DNA of 25,625 nucleotides from a virus (Duplodnaviria; Caudoviricetes): the IMG/VR virus record IMGVR_UViG_3300023180_000361, positions 1-25,625 of that record; one strand, 5' to 3'. The notes below the pieces were generated by a model, which saw nothing but the letters and a program-made list of their open reading frames with translations, did not search any database and was not told where the DNA came from. This document shows, piece by piece, positions 7,045 through 15,600 of the stretch (position 1 is the stretch's first letter; each line of letters begins with the position of its first letter). The translations under genes were made by a program, and so were the position numbers.

Positions 7045-7104
7045 GCGCCCAATATGCGCCTATTGTGCGCCTAGGTCAATAGAAAATTAAAATTATTTTT
7101 CTAT
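7044..7104 (-). promoter_or_regulatory. Leftward early promoter with tandem operator repeats
   Basis: TTGACC (7079-7074), 17-bp spacer, CATATT (7056-7051), then 6 nt to the ATG. TGCGCC occurs at 7044, 7055 and 7066. Inverted repeat ATAGAAAA-N10-TTTTCTAT at 7079-7104. Confidence 0.7.
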
Positions 7105-7121
7105 CTTTTTCTTTTCGTTCG

Positions 7122-7364
7122 ATGATGTATGGTCTGAGCGTGAGTTTACCTGTTAGAGCAAAAAACAAAGCCAATTTCAATGCCTGGATTGATACCAGTG
7201 CGAAGGAGGCTCTTTCGCGCCTGGCAAAGAAATCTCGCAGATCCCGCACCCAGGTTCTGGAGCTGTTGATTCTGGCGGAAGCAAAGCGTCAGATTGCTCA
7301 ATCACCCGACTCAGAATACGCTGCGGAGTTGACTGCTCTTCTCGAGCAATTCGGCGCAGAGTAG
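7122..7364 (+). CDS. Ribbon-helix-helix (CopG/Arc-like) repressor candidate
   Basis: KANFNAWIDTSAKEALSRLAKKSRRSRTQVLELLI fits the RHH pattern. It is the only convincing plus-strand gene and is divergent from the early operon. Start may be GTG at 7140. Confidence 0.8.
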   Translation: MMYGLSVSLPVRAKNKANFNAWIDTSAKEALSRLAKKSRRSRTQVLELLILAEAKRQIAQSPDSEYAAELTALLEQFGAE

Positions 7365-7449
7365 CGATGAGTGACGGGTGAACCTTCATACTGTTCATGT
7401 GAACAGCAACCGTAGGACAAAAACCGTCCAACCCCTTATTTGATCGCAT
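7177..7449 (-). CDS. Possible third RHH protein, antisense-overlapping the repressor
   Basis: NSMKVHPSLIATLRRIAREEQSTPQRILSRVIEQ has an RHH-like pattern. The start overlaps the end of the upstream ORF; alternative ATG at 7398. Confidence 0.4.
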   Translation of the reverse strand: MRSNKGLDGFCPTVAVHMNSMKVHPSLIATLRRIAREEQSTPQRILSRVIEQSDALLPPESTAPEPGCGICEISLPGAKEPPSHWYQSRH

Positions 7450-7897
7450 ATTTTTTTATCAACGATTCGATCGCATGCAGTTTGTCCCGGCCAATGTATC
7501 GGGCGTTTCTGGGGTGATTTGGCATGGGCCGGGTGATCTCCTCTGCGTGAGCCCAGCCCAGGATCTCGATTTCCGGGAACCCGGTAGCCAGAACGAATTT
7601 GTAGCCGGGTTTGAGTTCTTTGGGGGATGCAATCAGCTTGTGAGCTTTGGCAGACCATTTGACTTCAATATCCGGAGGCACGTCCACAGTCGAGATTGCG
7701 CCAAACTGTGCGCCGTTTCCTATAGCAATGTTCATGAGTAGTTCGGCCAGGAAGGAGGCCTGGCGGTTTCGCATCGCACCGGAGAGTGGGTGCGTGTTGA
7801 ACATGGGGTTTGTTTTGGATCGCCTGGTGAGCGCAGGTGTTTCCCACACCTCGAGCCAGACGGTTGTGATGGTTGAGTGGTTAAACTGTAGTTTCAT
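7436..7897 (-). CDS. Hypothetical protein, possible PD-(D/E)XK nuclease-like fold
   Basis: FLAELL...VDVPPDIEVKW...FVLATG...EILGW. Start uncertain (TTG 7942 or ATG 7897). Confidence 0.6.
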   Translation of the reverse strand: MKLQFNHSTITTVWLEVWETPALTRRSKTNPMFNTHPLSGAMRNRQASFLAELLMNIAIGNGAQFGAISTVDVPPDIEVKWSAKAHKLIASPKELKPGYKFVLATGFPEIEILGWAHAEEITRPMPNHPRNARYIGRDKLHAIESLIKKYAIK

Positions 7898-7938
7898 GAG
7901 GTGCCTGACCCACCCATCGGGCCAGGCACCTGATCCTG

Positions 7939-8997
7939 TCAAGCCAGGATTTTAATTTCCACGGGTTTTTGATCGATCAAGTCAGCGTAGTATCGTGAGG
8001 TGATCTCCGGGGAGTGATGACCCAGATACTTTTGGGCAGCAAACAACCCCAGCTGGGTCGCTACGTTTGCGCCAAAATATTTACGAAGTTCATGGACAGA
8101 TTTGGATCCGCTGAAACCAGCTGCCCGAATGATTTTGGCGACAACGTCAGAATGGTCTCTCTGACGTGCCGTCATGGGGCCGGGCAGTATGTGGACTCGC
8201 TCCTCCTCAAACGACTTGAGGTGGTCGATCTGGTCTTTGGAAAGGGGGATGAGGCGCGACCTGCCACTTTTGGTGCTGAAATCCTCCTCCTCCTGAACCA
8301 TGAGACCGTGAGGAGTGATCCATGACCAGCGAGCAGCTGCGGCTTCTCCGCGCCGCAGACCGCAGTGCAGCATGAGCCAATAAGCCAGGTATGCGCCTGG
8401 ATCCGACTCTTTGAGTGCCTCGCACCGTTGGATGACCTTGAGCATTTTGTCCTTTTTATCGGAGACGGTGTATTGTTTCTGCCTGACTGGCAGTGGCTTG
8501 ACTGCTTTGAAACCGTCTACGCACTCGGGCAGTGACCTGGAATACGTGTCCACCATCCGGTCGCTGAACAGCTGTTTGACTGATCGAAGGATTGTGTTTG
8601 CCGTGATCGATGCCGTGGTTCTCGCCGAGTGCGCCGCACCATCGAGACGTAAACGGAAGAATGCGTTTGCGTTATCCTTTGTGAACACCTCCTCTACGGG
8701 GTGATCCCACGATAGGTCCAGTGTTTTCAGGAACATGGCGACGAACCCGCGCACCCCGCTGATGGTCGCCCGGCGGATGTGGAAGGCGTTTTTGGAGAAC
8801 TCATCGACCAGGTAGCGAACGCGCCAGACGGAGTCTGACTGCTGGAGGAGGAGGGTCAATTTCTGCTCGGCAATCTTTTTTGCCGCTTTTTTGCAGCGCA
8901 CCCCCGTTGAGACCGTCTGGACTGTACCCAAAACGGTGGTTTTCGCGAAATAGGTTTTTCCGCGCTTAAACAGATTTATTTTACACTCAAGCTTCAT
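7939..8997 (-). CDS. int: Tyrosine recombinase / phage integrase
   Basis: Catalytic residues in GLRRGE (R), TKSG (K), HELRKY (HxxR), LGH (H) and TSRYY (Y); adjacent to a tRNA 3' fragment. Confidence 0.95.
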   Translation of the reverse strand: MKLECKINLFKRGKTYFAKTTVLGTVQTVSTGVRCKKAAKKIAEQKLTLLLQQSDSVWRVRYLVDEFSKNAFHIRRATISGVRGFVAMFLKTLDLSWDHPVEEVFTKDNANAFFRLRLDGAAHSARTTASITANTILRSVKQLFSDRMVDTYSRSLPECVDGFKAVKPLPVRQKQYTVSDKKDKMLKVIQRCEALKESDPGAYLAYWLMLHCGLRRGEAAAARWSWITPHGLMVQEEEDFSTKSGRSRLIPLSKDQIDHLKSFEEERVHILPGPMTARQRDHSDVVAKIIRAAGFSGSKSVHELRKYFGANVATQLGLFAAQKYLGHHSPEITSRYYADLIDQKPVEIKILA

Positions 8998-9043
8998 GAC
9001 TAAGTCTTTCTTACTCAGCGAGAAGCAGATAGTGTATTAGTAA

Positions 9044-9091
9044 TGGTACACCCGTAGGGAGTCGAACCCCAAACCTCCTGATCCGTAGTCA
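9044..9091 (-). mobile_element. attP core: 3' half of tRNA-Arg(ACG)
   Basis: Minus strand TGA-CTACGGA-TCAGG-AGGTT-TGGGG-TTCGACT-CCCTA-CGGGTGT-A-CCA gives anticodon loop, variable loop, T arm, acceptor 3' strand and CCA. No D arm or 5' acceptor strand. Phage genes lie on both sides. Confidence 0.9.
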
Positions 9092-9123
9092 CATAAAGGT
9101 TTTCTGCCTCTCACTGAGATAAT

Positions 9124-9152
9124 ATATTAGTATGAAACTATAGAATAGTCAA
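9124..9152 (-). promoter_or_regulatory. Sigma70-type promoter reading across attP into int
   Basis: TTGACT (9152-9147), 17-bp spacer, TAATAT (9129-9124). Confidence 0.7.
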
Positions 9153-9219
9153 CTCCAGCGGGGTTTGGTGGAAACGCGTGATAATGCATCAGTATGATTA
9201 TGACTGGTTTGAGCGGGGC

Positions 9220-9268
9220 AAAAAAAATAGAGCGTCTGGGGTCCTGCAAAACCACGGTAGACGCTCTA
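9220..9268 (-). terminator. Second terminator-like stem-loop
   Basis: 10-bp perfect inverted repeat TAGAGCGTCT/AGACGCTCTA (9228-9237 / 9259-9268), 21-nt loop, followed by T8 on the minus strand. Confidence 0.6.
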
Positions 9269-9332
9269 GAAAAGTAATAGGCTGGACACTTATTACGGGA
9301 GAATGCTTACACAGTCAGAACTGGGATTCAAC

Positions 9333-9357
9333 AAAAAAAGCACCCGGATGGGTGCTT
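9333..9357 (-). terminator. Rho-independent terminator of the late operon
   Basis: AAGCACCC-N4-GGGTGCTT hairpin running into a T7 tract on the minus strand, about 40 nt after the last late gene. Confidence 0.85.
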
Positions 9358-9396
9358 GAGTTGCTGCTGGGCAAAGTATCTTTTTACCGATGAACC

Positions 9397-9600
9397 TCAA
9401 TCTTCCTCGTCCTTTGCCATCGCGCCTGAGATGGCACCAAAAATCCCCAGTGCTTCATGCTGGTTATTAAAGATATGTTTTCCATAGTAGCGACCGTCCG
9501 CTTTGGCTTGTTCGTTCAGGTATGCTGTTTGCTCGGCCTGGGAAAGCTTTTTGAACTCTTCCATGGAAATCTCTCGGAATGCTGGTTTATCTTCACTCAT
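9397..9600 (-). CDS. Small acidic hypothetical protein
   Basis: 67 aa, ATGA-coupled to the giant protein gene; last gene before the terminator. Confidence 0.75.
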   Translation of the reverse strand: MSEDKPAFREISMEEFKKLSQAEQTAYLNEQAKADGRYYGKHIFNNQHEALGIFGAISGAMAKDEED

Positions 9601-12600
9601 TGACTACCTCTTTTATTATCTCCTTTCGAAGCTACTTTCTTTTTGGGCTTTTTCAATGGTTTTTTCTTTGCCTTCTTCGCCAAAGGAATCGCCGACACCA
9701 GTTTCTTGAGGTCGCTCTTTATTGCTTTGGCCTCTTTGTCTTCCAGCAAACCGTCCAACGCCATGACATCGATGGGTTCAGACAGGCGCACCAGGAGGGC
9801 GTCTCTGCGCGATTTCAGCATTGGCCCTTCAGTCTCGGATGCTATTCGTCTGGACCTTCCAACAACATCCAGCCTCTCGTCCACTTTGCCTGGAGACCTC
9901 TTTGATGCCTTTTCCCTGGCAGCATCAATTCTGGACTTCCCTAAAGCAAACACTGCTCGAGCGAGAGTCTCGTTTGTCTCGAATACAGCATTGCGACCTG
10001 CTTCATCAACAGGGCGATCAAATGTCTCAATCACAATATCTGTGATGTCGTATTGAGGGACATCATATTTGTCACTGATGGACAGAATGGTGTCACGGTT
10101 TTCGAGGATAGCTTCCCGCATGTTCCCATCATAGAACTGATCGCCGATGAACATTCCTTCGGGAGTTTCAGTGAACCCCGTCAGAAACGTGTTCCCTTCG
10201 GCGTCTTTTAATGCTGCCAGATCTTCATAAAAAGCCTTCTTCTGAGCTGCGTCCAGTTTGCGTGTGTCGAACTGAATGGCAGTATTCATACCCGTTCCAG
10301 CAGCTCTTTCTTCGAGTGTTGCCGGGCGTATGATGTTACCGCCATCCTGATCCCAGGCTAGGGACAGAGCGTTCATAATCGTTTTTGTTTGCGATGGATC
10401 GCCTCTCAGTCCGATGACGATGTTTGGTGCAACATTTGCTGACCCCCCTTCTGAGTAACCACCCTGTCCAGTCCTGACCACGTTAATGAGTGCGTTACCC
10501 CCAGCCACGTCGATCGCGGCTTGAAGCTCTTCGGCTAACCCGTCCGCAACAGCTTCTGTCATCGCCTCAACACCCAGGTCTGCCTCGAGCGACTGAATCG
10601 CTTTCGCCTCTACGCTCGTTCCCATTGACGTTACCTCAATCGGTATTGTCTGATCTGCAACTGAATTAAATGTGTCGTTGATCAGTTCAATTGCACGGGC
10701 AGATTTCTCGTCCATGTTTGTTGCCCAGTCTTCCCCTGCAAACATCTTTTTGAGGGTTTCGGTAAACGTGTTGAGTCTGTCACCAAACAGTTCCAAATTT
10801 CGATTCGACAACAGCGGGTTGTCACGCTTTTCAACTGCCCACAAAATTTCTTGAGCGTTCCTAGCCTTCAGCTTTTCTTTGCCATAAAAGCCAGCCAGAC
10901 CCTGCAAATTCATTTCATCGGCAATCAATCCGTCGATCGTTTGCTGGGCATCGTAAACGGGTCCGGATCCACCCGGGGAAAGCCCCCCCTCGTCAGGTCG
11001 CTTATAATACGACCACTCAGTATCAGGATCAAACCCTTCAGCTTTGCGATCCTCCCATGACAATTTGTTCCAGTCTCTTTTTCCATCGATCTGAAATGCG
11101 CGAGCATACTGGTAGTCCAACTCCATGATACTAGTCGCCGGGCGGGTTTTCTGTGTGCCTTTGTCCGTTGTCACCATGATAGGAGACTCTTTCAGGGCTT
11201 TTTCGAAAAGAGGATCGTCGATGCGCCGTCTCTCACGTTGCTCAGGAACCGACCACTGGAACGGTTTGTCGCTTCCAGACTTTCTGCCTCGCTTGATTAT
11301 GTATGCCGGGTGAGCATAGCCTTTGGATGCCATATCCCACATGTCCACGGTAGCGAGTCCATCGAGAAATGTCTGGGTTTTCTCAGCTATCTCCTGAGTC
11401 ATCTCCCCGGATTTATGCAGTCCCAACGTCTGAGCGACACGTTTCGTCAGACGTTTGACCTCTGTCTGATCGCCATCGGCCCGAGCCATATCAATGAGGT
11501 CTGCCATGGCATTCAAATAAAAGTTGCGAACTTTATCATCCGCACCAACTGCATCTTCTGACAACACATCAAAGTGCTTCCCGTTATGCCAGTCGTTTGC
11601 CGTTTTCTGTGCGCCCCTCTGAGCGGTACCCATTCCCAGCTTGTATCCAGCGGGGGTGCCGAAAGGCGACATGAAGCTGCGAACTGATTTAGACGCATTA
11701 CTGCTGACAGATGATCGCGGAGACCCTAAAGCAATCAATCGGATGATGAGGTCAGCAGTGTCGTATTGGCTTCGACCTACTGGTCGGATGCTCTCGGCGA
11801 CATTCATTCCAACCTGAGCCATGTCCTCGTAGAACCCAGCACTTCGCTTTGCGAATTCGGGGTCTTCTTTGCGAACAGCAGCAATGCGATCGACCTGCTG
11901 CTTCACAATGTTCAAAACCTCCTTATAACTTTTGGGCACCCCAGCAATATTCTGATTAACGACACCCAGTCGAGCTGGTAGAGCAACGGAGTCCTTGACA
12001 GGATTTTTTGGGTAATCCGCTATGGAGAGGCCAACTTGTTTTTTCGCTTTATCCCCAACGTCCATTTTGCGGACGGAGGATTCACTGATAACCAGTGAGT
12101 CCAGATCAGAGGATTGTCCAGGTTCAAAAAGAAAACGATCCTCGCTTGAGAAAACTGGGTTCTGCACGAAAACCGTATTACCATAAACGATCGCCTTATC
12201 GCCTCCCACAACAGGAGAACCCGTAGCTCTGTCATAGAAATAACTGTGTCTCCTGGGATTCATAGCGACCTGCGTCCACGCTGATATGTCAGAGGGGATA
12301 TTGGTCGTATGAACGTATTTGCCTTCTACAGTGGCAATCGTTGACTTTGGAGCACCCTTTGAAATTTTCTCGGCAGCAACCTCATTGATTGTGAACACAG
12401 GCGATTCAACAGTCGCTATATTCGTATATCCAATAATTTTGCCAGCTCTCCCAGCCTCCTTTCCAGCCCACTTCTCATGCACAGACACAGGAAAAACCGG
12501 GTCTCCAGACTTGATGCTTCTTTCATACGCAGGAATGTCCAATCGCAAACCCACGTCAACGCCTTCAGGAAAGGCGACATTTTCTTTCACGTTGCCGACT

Positions 12601-15600
12601 TTGCTTGAGCTTATGTACTCTCGAATCTTGTCGAGCGTTACCAGATTGCTCATGGATGGAGGCTGAACCCTCTTGATCACTGCCCCCTCTCCAGTGTCTA
12701 ACGCACCCATCCCTCCAGGTTCATACCTGGGACCGGGGACAACTCTGGTTGTTGTGATGCCTTTGTTGACTGTTAATGGATATGGTTCCTGATACTTCAC
12801 AGGGTCGATCATTTCATACCCGTATTTTCCGGTCTCTGGAAACGCAAACTTTGAGTCGTCAGTGACGAAGTGCTTATCGACATCGGCATCGAACTCCTCT
12901 TTTGTTGCATAAAACTTTCGGGGACCGATAGTGACTTCCCCTACAACTCGAGCATCCGATCCTACTCCTGTTGTACGAATTATTTTTAAGCGTCTGCCTA
13001 CTTGAGAATCCAACCGAGTATTTGTGCGAGTCTCGATAGTCTTTTCTCCGTTGGCTATTAAGTCAGCAAACGGAACGCCATCCTCATTGCGAACATTGAA
13101 TCCTCCAATTTCACCAGGTTCAAAGTTCTCCTGGATCCGCCGATACGCATTCCTGTTCAGCGGCATCCGCTCCAACTGAGCTGGGGAAACGTCATTGATC
13201 GCATCGAGACGACGACCACGAATCAGATTGTCCGCGCGATCTGGATTCAGGTGCTCGAGCAGTATGCGCTGACGTTGTGCGTTGTTTCGAAACTGTATGT
13301 CTTTCTTTTTAAATCCCAGGAAGGCCGAAAGTACGTTGGCTTTCTTCCTGGCGATAGCTGGGTCACCCAACCCCTTCAGAACTCCCTCGGATGAATCCGG
13401 GTTCGCCATGTTGTTGAGGTATTGAACCAGGTCACGATCAAACGCTGCCCGGGTCGCCTGTGGATCTGCTTCCTGTGACCAGAGGTTCGTGATAGCTTTT
13501 CGCCTCTGCGGATCCTGCATGATTCGCACATATTTCTCAGAGAGATGCCCCAGATCGACAGTGTTGTAGAGCAGGTTTCCTGCTTTTGAAATGTAGAGAC
13601 CGAACGGTATCGAGGTTCGCAGACTGGATCCGATCTTCGATGAATACTCCGCACCAGTCTTTCCTTTTGGGACCAGGCGAGCGTTGTAGTCGATCACTAT
13701 CGGTTCCCCCCTGCGAATGCTCTCGTTCACCCGCTCCATCGTTTCGATCAGAGATGGCGGAAACAACCATCGGGGTGCGTTTCGGATTTTCGCCAGAGCA
13801 GCATCAGGGATGTAGTCTCCTGATATAACTTCAGTCTCTGGATCCCAGTTCATGGGAACCTTGTTGCCCCATCCAGCTTCCGGACGATAGTCCTGATCCT
13901 GAAAAACGGTGCGAAGGAAATTTTTCCTTAACCGCTCCTTTTTCCTCAGTTCCTTCTGGTTCTTCTCGATGACGAGTTTGCCACGGGCATCGAACTGGTA
14001 GTTGCCATCCTCATCAAGCTTCGCGATGAGCAGGTTTTTGGGGACCGACTTCGCATCCAGGCTCGATGTGTCTGTGATCGTTCCACTGTCAGACTCCGAC
14101 ACCTCCCCGCGAATTAATTTGCCGTCATCGTCCAGCTTCAAACGCTGCTGAAACTTGATAAGGTTGTTGATCTCTGCGGTCAGCTGGTTGTCGCCGTAGT
14201 CAACAGCTTTACCGGAACGATCCCTGAAAGTCTGACTCAGGACTTTAGGGTTTCCAGTATACCCCATGAAGGTCGCCAGAACATTGGCCAATCGCCCGAG
14301 GGGTTTGGCTACCTTGTTTGCATCAGTTTTGAGGTCGGCCCGGGTCAGATACAATGGGTCTTTGTCCGTCAGAAAAGACTCCCATATATCGGACATGATC
14401 TCGTCTTTGATGCGAGCATGCTTCCAGAATTGAGGATCCGCTTCAGGTGTGCCTGTTTGGTAGTTGTCAGCGAGCCGTTCATCATACGCACGTAGAAGCA
14501 TCTCATCGGACTGCTCAAAACGGCTCATGTAGTCTGAGTAGAATTTGTCCAGATCCTCCGATGTAAACTTTCGATTGATGTATTCCTGGATCGGCCTGAA
14601 GTAGTCCTGGAGCACGTCCAACCTTCCTAGGGCGTGAATACCCTCATGGATGATCGTGGTTGGTGTCATCTCATCGACATTGATCAGTGCGATCGGGCGT
14701 TTGCCTCCGTTGCGCGTATTCAAAAACTGGACACCACGCTTCAGACTGGGGATTTTATCCGCCGCAGAGTTGCTCGCGATCTTCTCGGCGTACTCGGTCA
14801 CGTTGTCCAGGTTGATATTATCGGCCAAACCTTCCGAACGAAGGTACTCAAAGAGAGTGTCAAATGACGATGAATCGGTGTAAACGAAGTTGACATCAGC
14901 TTCCCCTGTCGAAGCCAAAACCATCTGCTGCGCGAACCTCTCAAATACAGCCCAACGGGCGATCTGAGTATCGTCAAACCCCCTGTCTTTGATCTTCTGC
15001 TGGATCTCGGGTGTCTGTTTCAGCAACCAGTTGTTCGCTGCGGAGGCGACCTTCTGTTTATTGCCCCAAACTGCCTGGTCGTATGCTCCACCTCCGAACG
15101 CGATCATCCCGGATCCGATGATGTTCTGAGCAATCATTTCCTCGTCCATCGTGAGTGCAGATAGCCCTGCACCCGAAAGGGCACCCCCGGTTGCTCGAGA
15201 CATCCCGGCCAACATCACCTTTGTCGGTGACGAGAGGATTCGCAGTGCGGGAGATAGCCACGGGTAATCCGTGAAGACACCATGCCCCAGCTTCTCGGCT
15301 AGTTTGCGATTCTTCGGATCCACAAAGGTGTCTCGCGACATCGACAGGAACACGTTCTCATCCGATTTACGTGCGATCGCCCGAGATAGCCCAGACATCA
15401 TGTCGCTGACACGATTGACCGCGCCTCGAAACGCACTCAATGAACGTGCAGGATCCCCTACGAACGGGAGATCCTTTGCCTTATTCGTGACCTGCTCCAC
15501 TTCTTCCAGAGCTTTCCCGACCTTCGCGGTTCCAGATCCAGTTGCCCCAGCTGCTTCGCTGGTAGCTGATCTTATCATACTGGATCCGCTCTTCTTCATC

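Noticed and set aside
7436-7897. Restriction endonuclease partner of the methyltransferase
   Set aside because: It is about 6.5 kb from the MTase with only a weak D...EVK motif; nothing in the sequence links the two.
9044-9120. Complete phage-encoded tRNA-Arg gene
   Set aside because: Only the 3' half is present; upstream sequence has no D arm and no 5' acceptor strand complementary to CGGGTGT.
9178-9393. 71-aa plus-strand ORF between attP and the late operon
   Set aside because: It runs through two terminator hairpins and has no protein-like features, although an antisense transcript cannot be excluded.
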